A DNA stretch of 41,131 nucleotides, from IMG/VR virus record IMGVR_UViG_3300036713_000295, positions 1-41,131 of that record, one strand, 5' to 3'. The notes beneath the pieces were generated by a model. That model was given only the letters and a program-made list of their open reading frames with translations, made no database searches and was not told where the DNA came from. This stretch comes from a virus (lineage: Duplodnaviria; Caudoviricetes). Each line of letters opens with the position of its first letter. Positions within the stretch are counted from its first letter, which is position 1. A program made the position numbers and the translations under genes. This document shows positions 28,135 through 36,190 of the stretch, one piece after another.

Positions 28135-28219
28135 TGTGTCCTTTCGTATATTTTTATATTTTGTTTGTTTGGTGTGTTTTGCGTGTTTTACATATGTTCC
28201 TTTCTTTGAATATTATATA

Positions 28220-28501
28220 TCACTCATCTATCGGCAAAAAGAGGGATTCTACAACCATCTTCTCAAAGCTATCTTTGGCATCCCTAAGGGCCATTAGGGT
28301 TTCAATTAAATACACAATCTTCTTGTATGACCTAGAGCCAGGGAGGGTGTCCCAAAGGCTTTGTTTGGCTTCAAACAAGCAAATCTCAATCTCATTTTTT
28401 GTCAGCTTATCAATGCCCTTCTCAAGCAACCTCTCAACCTCAAGCCTTGATACTTTTCTTGCCCCACCCAATGCCAATGGTTCATTTTTATCTATCCCCA
28501 T
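28220..28501 (-). CDS. Hypothetical protein
   Basis: 93 aa, coupled to the primase-helicase gene. Confidence 0.6.
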   Translation of the reverse strand: MGIDKNEPLALGGARKVSRLEVERLLEKGIDKLTKNEIEICLFEAKQSLWDTLPGSRSYKKIVYLIETLMALRDAKDSFEKMVVESLFLPIDE

Positions 28502-30051
28502 GACATATCTCCTGACTCTGCAATATACGCACTCCCTGGATTAAATTTAATACTGCACTCTCCGCTTGGACCAGCTTTTGTCTTAGCCACAATAATCTTC
28601 CCCTCATCTTCCTGCCTGGTGACAATCAAAACCTCTGTGCTGTCCTGCTTAAATGCAGATGAGCCAGAAATTGAATTAAAGTCCAGGGCTCCCTTCTTGC
28701 TAGACTTCTTGTTAATATGGGCAACCATAAGAACTGCCAAGTTATTGAGCTTTGCCATAGTGGCAATCTCCTTCATGGCGTTGGATTGCTCCTGTATATA
28801 TCCCTCACCAGTAGAAATGAAATATGAAATGTGATCTATAATCACAAGGTCATATCTATCAAGTGTTTTAATGATATTTTTTAACTTATCTATTGTTTTA
28901 ATTCCTGAAGTAAAAACATCTATCCCATCGCTTAAATTAAAAATCTTCTTCCTGGTTTCTTCAAATGTGCCCCTGTGCTTAATAGATGCTAGGTAATCAA
29001 CAATAGTATTTCCAGGCTCGAGGGCAAAGTATAAAACCCTCTTTCCCTGTTTTGCAACATTCATTGAGAAATTACAACAAATGGCGGTCTTACCCACGTT
29101 GGTTTCTCCAGTAATTGTATATACATGTCCTGGTAGAAATCCCTTTATGTAATGATCCAATCCCCTGTACCCGGTGCTTGGAGCCTCATCTTCCAGTGCA
29201 TACTCCATCATTCTCTCGTTGGCAACAAAGTTAAGGCTTTTTGGTTTTGAAAACTCCTCTGGGGTTAGAATTAGTTCTGGATGGTTTCTGGCATGTATGT
29301 CTCTAATACTCTCGTATGTTCTTCTAAGTGAATACTCATCTAATGGGGGGTCACATTTCACGTGGTTCCAGTATTTAACAGCCGGCCAGATCACTTCCTC
29401 TCCAAGCGAGTAATCTATACGGGCAAATAGGCTCCCCACAATCCTGGTTAGAGTCTCATTTCTGTCTCCTTTTGAAGCTTCTGGGAAATCATCCCCAACT
29501 GGTATAGAAAGCTCCTTTTTGCGGTCTTCTATCGCCTCTATGACATCATTTGGAACCCGTCCTAAGCTAAATGTGGGCCCCAACCTATCAAACACATACT
29601 TATTCTTTCCAAGTGAGCTTGGTGGAAGAATAATAACCCCACCATCACTTCTAATATCCACTGGGGAATCTTTGAGTTTAGCTGTGGTGCGACTGGTGGG
29701 GGTGTATTCATAGTAATAATGCTTGCCACCGCTAAATGGAGATGAAGCCACAATGCTTGAATCTAAACTCTCAAAGGGAATGTTATTTTCATCGCCTGTG
29801 TCTATATCTACGACCGTTAGGTTAGAAATTTCCCCGGTTACAACAGCAATGGCGTTGTATTTATCGCTCCATTGGGTAATTTCATCTTCTGTGGGAAGGC
29901 GCTCTTGATATTCTCTCCAGGTGGGGATGGCAGGCATTTTCTTAACCTTACCATTGCCCTCATCAATTAGTTTCCAGGGGATGACGCTCCACCCCATAGC
30001 AAGATATTTCTGGTATGTTTTTTTGTTGATGTTTTGCATTTTTTTCACCAT
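28492..30051 (-). CDS. Bifunctional Prim-Pol primase / PriCT / DnaB-like (SF4) helicase fusion
   Basis: GWSVIP, VVDID, GGKHYYY, DIRSDGG, GDRNETL, Walker A GETNVGKT, Walker B IIDH, SGSSAFKQD, KTKAG; start at 30051 or 30039. Confidence 0.9.
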   Translation of the reverse strand: MVKKMQNINKKTYQKYLAMGWSVIPWKLIDEGNGKVKKMPAIPTWREYQERLPTEDEITQWSDKYNAIAVVTGEISNLTVVDIDTGDENNIPFESLDSSIVASSPFSGGKHYYYEYTPTSRTTAKLKDSPVDIRSDGGVIILPPSSLGKNKYVFDRLGPTFSLGRVPNDVIEAIEDRKKELSIPVGDDFPEASKGDRNETLTRIVGSLFARIDYSLGEEVIWPAVKYWNHVKCDPPLDEYSLRRTYESIRDIHARNHPELILTPEEFSKPKSLNFVANERMMEYALEDEAPSTGYRGLDHYIKGFLPGHVYTITGETNVGKTAICCNFSMNVAKQGKRVLYFALEPGNTIVDYLASIKHRGTFEETRKKIFNLSDGIDVFTSGIKTIDKLKNIIKTLDRYDLVIIDHISYFISTGEGYIQEQSNAMKEIATMAKLNNLAVLMVAHINKKSSKKGALDFNSISGSSAFKQDSTEVLIVTRQEDEGKIIVAKTKAGPSGECSIKFNPGSAYIAESGDMSWG

Positions 30052-30199
30052 ATAGCTCCCCAACTTAGGAGTTAAAAATAGCGGCAAGCTATCAAGTTAG
30101 GGAGCTGTATAGTGAAATAAATAACGTTCCTTTTATAACCCGCTTGCCCAGGGTTGCCATCTCAAAAAAGATGGGGGTTTTTTGTTTTTTACCATCACC

Positions 30200-30229
30200 A
30201 ATATACTCACATTCCAAAAGAATTGTCAA
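30200..30229 (-). promoter_or_regulatory. Putative promoter for the replication operon
   Basis: TTGACA-18 nt-TATATT. Confidence 0.55.
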
Positions 30230-30460
30230 ATATCACTTTCTATATCACCAATTGTATATACTATATACGCGCGCGTTAACGCTATATGTACATAATATAC
30301 GTAACTCTTAGTTACTAGTAATACTAGTGTTACTTAAACTACCATGTGTACATGTATAGATGTGATACACCCCGGTTATACGGAGGGGTGTATGTATCTA
30401 TATGTTGTACATTATGGTGTTACACGAGTAACGCACGTAATGCAAGTAATGTTCGCTTAA
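30230..30460. other. Candidate replication origin / divergent control region
   Basis: AT-rich, many short palindromes and GTAAC/GTTAC repeats; lies between divergent operons next to the primase. Confidence 0.4.
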
Positions 30461-30499
30461 GTCTCCCTCACTTGAAATTCGGGAGACCGCGAACCCAAT

Positions 30500-30527
30500 T
30501 TGCAAACGTGCAGTTTCCTGCCATAAT
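30500..30527 (+). promoter_or_regulatory. Putative rightward promoter
   Basis: TTGCAA-16 nt-CATAAT with extended TG; ATG 10 nt downstream. Confidence 0.5.
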
Positions 30528-30537
30528 ATATTCAAGT

Positions 30538-30927
30538 ATGCCCACCAAAAAACCCAAACTAAGGGTCCTTAAGAAAAAGCTTTGGAAGCTCGTATCCATC
30601 TCAGTTAAAATGAGAGACAACTTCACTTGTGCCAGGTGCGGCAAAAAAGACTCTGGCTCATTAATCCACGCCAGCCACATCCTTCCCAAAGGCCAATACC
30701 ACAACTATGAATTTGAAGAATGGAATCTAAAATGCCTATGCATGAAGTGTCATCTTCAGTGGTGGCATAAAAACCCCCTAGAGGCTTGTGGGTGGTTTGA
30801 GAAAAAATTCCCCAAACGCTATAATGAAGTGATGCTGAAAGCAAAGCAGTATTCCAAAGTAGGTAAGTACACTAGTAGCGAAATCCAGAAAAGAATCAAG
30901 CAATATGAGGGCCCAATAACATGGTGA
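30538..30927 (+). CDS. NinG/Rap-like HNH endonuclease
   Basis: RDNFTCARCG, HASHI, NLKCLCMKCH; start placed at MPTKK. Confidence 0.8.
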   Translation: MPTKKPKLRVLKKKLWKLVSISVKMRDNFTCARCGKKDSGSLIHASHILPKGQYHNYEFEEWNLKCLCMKCHLQWWHKNPLEACGWFEKKFPKRYNEVMLKAKQYSKVGKYTSSEIQKRIKQYEGPITW

Positions 30928-31580
30928 ACATTGGAGATCTAGCAAGAGCCCAGCTGGTTAAAGAGCAGGATCTCAAAAACAACAACCATGTGTCCAGCGG
31001 GAAACTCTCGGCTGGGATTTTGCTGTGGCCAACCCAGTGGCAAATCCTCAAAATGGCAGGAGAGCCACAATCCCCAATCCCCCCAGAGAGACTGGGGACA
31101 TTACGCAGGGGAGTTTTGCTAGAAGATGAGCTGGCCAGACTCCTAAAGGCCAGTGGGCACAGGGTAGACACACAGACTTTTGTTGAGTATCGTGATGTGG
31201 TTGGCTATGTTGATCTTTTGGTAGATGGTGAAGTAGTAGAAGTTAAAACCACAGCACAAAAAACATTCAAGCGATTAAAGCAAGCAAAAACGTCTCATGT
31301 CCTTCAAAGCTGTCTATACGCACTGGCACTAGAGAAAGACGATTTTAGTGTATGTTACATTGCCACAGACAATCTTTTTATCAAACAGTACAACTACAAA
31401 ACATCCAAATGGGCACCACGGGTTGAAAAGTGTATAAACATTTTTAATTCCAACATGGAGAAATTTAGAGAAAAAAATATAGTCCCAGGATTTTCAGCAA
31501 GAGAGCGATGGCAAAATGCCACAAGCTTTAATCCATTTCCAAAATTTGAGAATCACACACAGCAGTTTAAGTATGTATAA
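30921..31580 (+). CDS. PD-(D/E)XK exonuclease (Cas4/RecB-like, no Fe-S cysteine set)
   Basis: GYVDLL, VEVKT, H.LQ..LY. Confidence 0.8.
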   Translation: MVNIGDLARAQLVKEQDLKNNNHVSSGKLSAGILLWPTQWQILKMAGEPQSPIPPERLGTLRRGVLLEDELARLLKASGHRVDTQTFVEYRDVVGYVDLLVDGEVVEVKTTAQKTFKRLKQAKTSHVLQSCLYALALEKDDFSVCYIATDNLFIKQYNYKTSKWAPRVEKCINIFNSNMEKFREKNIVPGFSARERWQNATSFNPFPKFENHTQQFKYV

Positions 31581-31587
31581 TTAAAAC

Positions 31588-31632
31588 AACACCCGCTTTG
31601 AGTTACGCATTTTTCTCGGAGCGGGTGTTTTT
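31588..31632 (+). terminator. Intrinsic terminator
   Basis: AACACCCGCTTTGAG...CTCGGAGCGGGTGTT followed by a T-run. Confidence 0.8.
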
Positions 31633-31637
31633 GATAT

Positions 31638-31665
31638 TTGACATTTATGTAAAACTATGTATACT
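31638..31665 (+). promoter_or_regulatory. Sigma70 promoter with palindromic operator
   Basis: TTGACA-16 nt-TATACT; operator TTGACA-TTTA-TGTAAA. Confidence 0.75.
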
Positions 31666-31693
31666 TAATGCAGTACAAGATAAGGGAGTTATC

Positions 31694-31903
31694 ATGGACA
31701 TACAAATTTCCAACTACGAGGACTACAAAGCCCTCAAACCAAGCGAAAAAACACCAGAAGGATTCTGTAGAGATTGCGGTGTAGAACTCATCGACATGGA
31801 TCAGGTTTGGTGCATGAGATGCGTATATGAGGGTGCAGGACTTGAATATAAGTTTAGCAATGTTTACACATATCCAACACCAGATATTCAAGGGAGAGAA
31901 TAA
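31694..31903 (+). CDS. Small zinc-ribbon protein
   Basis: CRDC...CMRC; SD AAGGGAG. Confidence 0.7.
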   Translation: MDIQISNYEDYKALKPSEKTPEGFCRDCGVELIDMDQVWCMRCVYEGAGLEYKFSNVYTYPTPDIQGRE

Positions 31904-31904
31904 A

Positions 31905-32081
31905 ATGTCAGCACACCAAGAAAAAATCCTAGAGCTTCTTAAAAAAGAAATAGAAACAGCACTTGCCAAAGAAGAATCCTCACGGGGAACATGGCATCAC
32001 AACCAAGCCCAGGGATATACAAATGGTCTTATGGAAGCTAGAGACATAATATTAAGGGAATTTGCAAAGGAGGACAAATGA
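31905..32081 (+). CDS. Hypothetical protein
   Basis: MSAHQEK... start with SD; coupled to the next gene. Confidence 0.65.
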   Translation: MSAHQEKILELLKKEIETALAKEESSRGTWHHNQAQGYTNGLMEARDIILREFAKEDK

Positions 32082-32266
32082 ACAAATTTAGACAATCAGT
32101 AACTAAGAAATTAGATGACATCATAGATGACATCATAGCCGAAACAGAGGACGGCTACACAGATGACATGCTTGTTGATTTAATGGAGAATCCAGACAAG
32201 AGGCAAGAAGCTTTTGAGTATTTATTAGACATAGCTGAAGAGGAGCTAGGATATTATGCAAACTAA
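32078..32266 (+). CDS. Small, highly acidic protein
   Basis: 18 D/E in 62 aa; SD GGAGG. Confidence 0.7.
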   Translation: MNKFRQSVTKKLDDIIDDIIAETEDGYTDDMLVDLMENPDKRQEAFEYLLDIAEEELGYYAN

Positions 32267-32447
32267 AATATATTTTAAAGACAAAAGAAGAAAACCATTA
32301 GAAACAGATATGGTAGCCTCAGAGATAGTGAGAAAACTATCAGAAGGTGAGGATAAAACAACAATAATAGAAAACACAGAGGGAGAGGAAATAGTATTAA
32401 GAAATAAAGACGTACACCAATTTGAGGGATACGGAGAAGGATATTAA
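32256..32447 (+). CDS. Hypothetical protein
   Basis: 63-aa ORF in the operon. Confidence 0.6.
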   Translation: MQTKIYFKDKRRKPLETDMVASEIVRKLSEGEDKTTIIENTEGEEIVLRNKDVHQFEGYGEGY

Positions 32448-32448
32448 A

Positions 32449-32919
32449 ATGCCAAGAACAATAACAATAAGCGATGAGACATATGAGAAGCTTAAAGATC
32501 AATTTGTAGATAAAAAAGAATCTAAGATTAAGATTTATTCAAGAATTGATCCAAGTGAAATCATCTATAAATCAAACAAATCAACATTAAAAGAAGCTGT
32601 TGAGGATGCAAACTTAGAGGGTGTAATCCTAGATTATGCAAATCTAGAGGGTACAAACTTAATGGGTGTAAACCTAGAGGGTGCAAATCTAGAGGATGTA
32701 AATCTAAAGAATGCAAACCTAAAGGGTGCAAACCTAGAGGATGCAAATCTAGAGGGTGCAAATCTAGAGGGTGCAAATCTAGAGGGTGCAAACTTAAGGG
32801 GTGCAAGCCTAGAGTATGCAAACTTAAGGGGTGCAAACACAGAACATTGTGTGGTTAGTTTTGCGTCATTAGAATATGAACAAGCAAAACAATTTATAGA
32901 AGGATTAAAGAAATATTAA
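32449..32919 (+). CDS. Pentapeptide-repeat protein
   Basis: About 15 A-N-L-x-x repeats; N-terminal RTITISDETYEKLK is RHH-like. Confidence 0.9.
   Translation: MPRTITISDETYEKLKDQFVDKKESKIKIYSRIDPSEIIYKSNKSTLKEAVEDANLEGVILDYANLEGTNLMGVNLEGANLEDVNLKNANLKGANLEDANLEGANLEGANLEGANLRGASLEYANLRGANTEHCVVSFASLEYEQAKQFIEGLKKY
32608..32838 (+). repeat. 15-bp coding tandem repeat (GCAAATCTAGAGGGT)
   Basis: Encodes the pentapeptide repeats. Confidence 0.9.
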
Positions 32920-32920
32920 T

Positions 32921-33313
32921 ATGTCAAGAAGACCAGAACTCACACCATTAAATCCTAATAGGCCAGGAAATAGTAGTAGTAGGGGCTTATGGGCTAGATT
33001 GGTTGATGCAATTAGATCAAACAAGATAACCGAGCAAGAAGCTAGATCAATCCAGGAGCATGTTGGTAAGTCTAGATACTCAGAAACAGACGAATCAGCA
33101 GGTGAAATGAATAGAGCTATAGACGGTGCAATAGTAACAGGATTTCTAAAAAACCTTGCAGAGGGAGAGTTGGGAAACCAAGAAGAACGATCTGAATACT
33201 ACAGTGAAAAAGATGGCGGAGAACCAACAAGGGTGTGGGATCATGAGCCAGATGCACCACCATCACGAGGTGGATGGAGCAATGATGGTTGGGGGATTGA
33301 AGATGATTATTAA
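32921..33313 (+). CDS. Hypothetical protein with acidic tail
   Basis: 130-aa ORF in the operon. Confidence 0.65.
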   Translation: MSRRPELTPLNPNRPGNSSSRGLWARLVDAIRSNKITEQEARSIQEHVGKSRYSETDESAGEMNRAIDGAIVTGFLKNLAEGELGNQEERSEYYSEKDGGEPTRVWDHEPDAPPSRGGWSNDGWGIEDDY

Positions 33314-33419
33314 ACGAGCTATCTACTTATTTATGTTGTTTGCAACACTAAGCTGGGTAACTCTGTTTGTAGTTTTATATAACGTATTATTTTATCAATT
33401 TATTAAGGGGGTAATATGA
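33303..33419 (+). CDS. Small single-TM membrane protein
   Basis: MIIKRAIYLFMLFATLSWVTLFVVLYNVLF. Confidence 0.5.
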   Translation: MIIKRAIYLFMLFATLSWVTLFVVLYNVLFYQFIKGVI

Positions 33420-33514
33420 TTGAAGCACTAAAAGGTACAACACTAATTCTATCTCTAGGAGCAATAGGAATTGGACTACCAATTTTAATAGTAAATAATT
33501 TTGGGAAGAAATGA
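33416..33514 (+). CDS. Small single-TM membrane protein, 32 aa (not in ORF track)
   Basis: MIEALKGTTLILSLGAIGIGLPILIVNNFGKK*; ATGA overlaps on both sides. Confidence 0.55.
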   Translation: MIEALKGTTLILSLGAIGIGLPILIVNNFGKK

Positions 33515-33876
33515 AACAAAACAAACAAGAGCAGTGGGAAAAAGAATTGAATGCAATTCTAATATCTGGAAAACAAGATGTTGATGAACCTATTGGAGAT
33601 TTTTATAAAAGAATTAAAGATTTGTTCAAAAAAACTCTATCTCAATCCAGACAAGAAGCTGTTGAGGAGGAGAGAGAACGGATTAGGAGATGCACTTATC
33701 CAGTTATTGATTTAGATAAAAAATTTCACAAGGATTGTCCAACATCATATATTCAAGAAGTAACAGATGTTCCAGATAAAAACAACAACTTTAATGCGAG
33801 ATTTATCTGTCCTGAACATGGCGTTTGGTGGGAAGAAGTTTTTGCTAAATCACTATCATCAAGAAAGGAAGAATGA
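33511..33876 (+). CDS. Hypothetical protein
   Basis: 121 aa; ICPEHG motif. Confidence 0.65.
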   Translation: MKQNKQEQWEKELNAILISGKQDVDEPIGDFYKRIKDLFKKTLSQSRQEAVEEERERIRRCTYPVIDLDKKFHKDCPTSYIQEVTDVPDKNNNFNARFICPEHGVWWEEVFAKSLSSRKEE

Positions 33877-34061
33877 AAATATCACTAGAAACAGTAAACA
33901 ATAAGTATGAAGAATTATTGAGTGAAGGCAACCAACAACACGAGGCTATACAGCTTTTATCGGATACATTTCCGCCTAATGTAGTAAGAGATTGGCTTGT
34001 TTGGGTAGCCACTGCCAAGCAAAAAGCCAAAGGAAAAAGAAAGTGGTTTGGAGGTAAATAA
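33873..34061 (+). CDS. Hypothetical protein
   Basis: 62 aa, ATGA-coupled. Confidence 0.6.
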   Translation: MKISLETVNNKYEELLSEGNQQHEAIQLLSDTFPPNVVRDWLVWVATAKQKAKGKRKWFGGK

Positions 34062-34195
34062 TGAAAATACTTAAACTAATAAAAGACTTTTTTACTATAA
34101 AGCCTGAAATACAGTGGAGATGCCCTAAGTGTAAGAAACAACTCTCTTGCACTAGAGGATTAAAACAGCACATATCAAAGGTACATAAGAAATGA
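34061..34195 (+). CDS. C2H2 zinc-finger mini-protein, 44 aa (not in ORF track)
   Basis: CPKC-x12-H-x4-H; SD GGAGG. Confidence 0.7.
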   Translation: MKILKLIKDFFTIKPEIQWRCPKCKKQLSCTRGLKQHISKVHKK

Positions 34196-34332
34196 AATGT
34201 AAAATCTGCCAAAAACCAACAAAGGGAGAAAGAAAGACGTGTAGTAAAATATGCTTATCAAAGTTGAAAAGTAATAATCAATCTAAATGGCTAAAACTTC
34301 CAGGAAACAATGCTAACAAAAAAACAAATTAA
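34192..34332 (+). CDS. Treble-clef-type zinc-finger mini-protein, 46 aa (not in ORF track)
   Basis: MKCKICQKP...RKTCSKIC; ATGA overlap. Confidence 0.65.
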   Translation: MKCKICQKPTKGERKTCSKICLSKLKSNNQSKWLKLPGNNANKKTN

Positions 34333-34462
34333 ACAACTAATAGAAATGTACATGGAAGATATCAAAGCCAAGCACATCGCAAAGAAGCTTGGTGTATCTC
34401 GAGTAACTATTTATAACTACCTTAAAAAGTCAGGTATTAAACCTAATAGGAAAAGCAAATGA
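34310..34462 (+). CDS. HTH mini-protein (Hin/resolvase-type HTH), 50 aa (not in ORF track)
   Basis: AKHIAKKLGVSRVTIYNYLKK; stop overlaps the MTase ATG. Confidence 0.75.
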   Translation: MLTKKQIKQLIEMYMEDIKAKHIAKKLGVSRVTIYNYLKKSGIKPNRKSK

Positions 34463-35430
34463 GGTATTGCGACTTGTTCGCTGGTGTAGGAGGATTTAGA
34501 TATGGAATTGAACAAGTATGCAAAACCAGTGATGCCTTGGGAATTGCACCCGACAATAGATGCAAATTATTACAAGGGGTACAGTCACCAAAGGCGACTT
34601 GTGTATATTCAAACGAATGGGACAAATATGCAAACTCAGTCTATAAAAAACACTACGGAGAATGTGACAACAGAGACATCAGAGAAGTCAAAGCAGAAGA
34701 AATTCCAGAGTTTGATTTATTGTGTGGAGGCTTCCCCTGTCAATCTTTTTCAATCGCTGGAAAGCGGGGAGGATTCCAAGATACAAGGGGTACGCTCTTC
34801 TTTGAAATCGCTAGAATTGCTAAACAAAAACAACCACGCCTTTTATTGCTTGAGAACGTCAAAGGGCTTCTATCTCACGACAAAGGAAACACGTTTGCTA
34901 CCATCATCTCCACGCTTGATGAATTGGGGTATGACTGTCAGTGGCAAGTGCTTAACAGCAAGAATTTCGGAGTCCCCCAAAACAGAGAAAGGGTGTTCAT
35001 TGTCGGACATCTTAGAGGAACAAGTAGACCAAAAGTATTTCCTATCACAGGATCAAATGGACAGAATAGGTTATCAAACCATGCAATCGCTTGGAGTAAA
35101 TCGCATAGAACTGGAAAAGCACCAGAAGATTTCAAAAGGAAAAATTATGGAAAAACAGAACTAAGAATCAAGAGGGGTGAGTTTAATACAATAAATACTG
35201 GCGATGGCGGAGGTAATCAAAGTACCCAAAATTATGTTGATAAAACTAAAATACGCAAATTAACCCCTACAGAATGTGAACGCTTACAGGGATTCCCTGA
35301 CGATTGGACTAAATACGGACACGAAGGACAGGAAATTAGTGATACCCAAAGATATAAAATGATGGGCAATGCAGTAACCACAAATGTTGTGAGTGCAATA
35401 GTGAGTAAATTATTTAGCTCTTTACAATAA
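34459..35430 (+). CDS. DNA (cytosine-5) methyltransferase, main/alpha chain
   Basis: Motif I DLFAGVGG, IV GGFPCQ, VI ENVKG, VIII PQNRERVF, IX RKLTPTECERLQGFP, X GNAV. Confidence 0.95.
   Translation: MRYCDLFAGVGGFRYGIEQVCKTSDALGIAPDNRCKLLQGVQSPKATCVYSNEWDKYANSVYKKHYGECDNRDIREVKAEEIPEFDLLCGGFPCQSFSIAGKRGGFQDTRGTLFFEIARIAKQKQPRLLLLENVKGLLSHDKGNTFATIISTLDELGYDCQWQVLNSKNFGVPQNRERVFIVGHLRGTSRPKVFPITGSNGQNRLSNHAIAWSKSHRTGKAPEDFKRKNYGKTELRIKRGEFNTINTGDGGGNQSTQNYVDKTKIRKLTPTECERLQGFPDDWTKYGHEGQEISDTQRYKMMGNAVTTNVVSAIVSKLFSSLQ
34502..35164 (+). CDS. Nested +1-frame MTase partner polypeptide (beta-chain-like)
   Basis: 220 aa with no stop; AGGAGG 8 nt upstream of the ATG; carries PTIDANYYKG and SLSDILEEQVDQKYFLS, both typical of C5-MTase variable regions. 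Confidence 0.7.
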   Translation: MELNKYAKPVMPWELHPTIDANYYKGYSHQRRLVYIQTNGTNMQTQSIKNTTENVTTETSEKSKQKKFQSLIYCVEASPVNLFQSLESGEDSKIQGVRSSLKSLELLNKNNHAFYCLRTSKGFYLTTKETRLLPSSPRLMNWGMTVSGKCLTARISESPKTEKGCSLSDILEEQVDQKYFLSQDQMDRIGYQTMQSLGVNRIELEKHQKISKGKIMEKQN

Positions 35431-35460
35431 TGTAAACTATGGTGTATGTTAGATACACCT

Positions 35461-36018
35461 ATGAAAACAAAACATGAACCACAACTTAAACCTCTTTTAT
35501 ATTTGGGTATTAGTATTTTTATTTGTCTTGCTATTAAGTTTTTCTTTGAACCTACAACCACTGATTTAATCAGTCCATACGTATCACATAATTTCCATGT
35601 ACAAGCTCATTATCAGCCTGTAGAAACCACAGAAATCGTTGTATTTGGTGATCCAAGCTACTACGAACTACACGCAACAGAAAAAGACCGAATTATTCAA
35701 TATATCCAGGCTGTATTTGGAGATGAAGCATACAACGCTATAAAGATAGCTAAATGCGAAAGTAGATTTAATCCTGGAACAGTAGGTGATACTCACATAA
35801 TGACATATCACTCAGGAGAGTTGGTAGGAGACTCAATTGGTATCTTTCAAATAAGAACAGGTGGTAGTGATTTTAATAGGGCAAGAGCCAACGGGTTATC
35901 AGCAGATGAGTTTAGAACCAAACTAAAGGATTATAAATACAACATAGATTATGCAAAAACAATCTACGAACGCAGGGGGTGGAGTGCTTGGTACAACTGC
36001 ATGAACAAGGTTTTGTAA
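35461..36018 (+). CDS. Membrane-anchored lytic transglycosylase (SLT/lysozyme-like)
   Basis: N-terminal TM; IAKCESRFNP, SIGIFQI, NIDYAKTIY, GWSAW. Confidence 0.85.
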   Translation: MKTKHEPQLKPLLYLGISIFICLAIKFFFEPTTTDLISPYVSHNFHVQAHYQPVETTEIVVFGDPSYYELHATEKDRIIQYIQAVFGDEAYNAIKIAKCESRFNPGTVGDTHIMTYHSGELVGDSIGIFQIRTGGSDFNRARANGLSADEFRTKLKDYKYNIDYAKTIYERRGWSAWYNCMNKVL

Positions 36019-36113
36019 ATTGGGTGTCTTATGCTATAGGGGTACTGGTGAATAAAAAGAATAATCCAGGGGGTGAACTAGAACACCTAATTTCTAAAGC
36101 CCCTATAGCTATA

Positions 36114-36143
36114 AAAAAACACCTCTTGCCAGGTGTTTTTTTT
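36114..36143. terminator. Bidirectional intrinsic terminator between convergent operons
   Basis: AAAAAAACACCT-cttgcc-AGGTGTTTTTTT. Confidence 0.85.
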
Positions 36144-36190
36144 GTTTAACTCGTAACGCCTGTTGTGGCAAAACCAGTTAAGTTAAATCT

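Noticed and set aside
30346-30537. N-terminal extension of the HNH/NinG ORF
   Set aside because: It runs through the palindromic intergenic region and a promoter-like element; ATG 30538 is the more plausible start.
32561-32840. Antisense ORFs (HPLDL and FAPSR repeats)
   Set aside because: They are shadows of the 15-bp pentapeptide coding repeat.
32591-33668. 16-bp repeat AAGAAGCTGTTGAGGA at 32591 and 33653
   Set aside because: Both copies encode the common EAVE peptide and no cassette logic is evident; probably chance or an old recombination scar.
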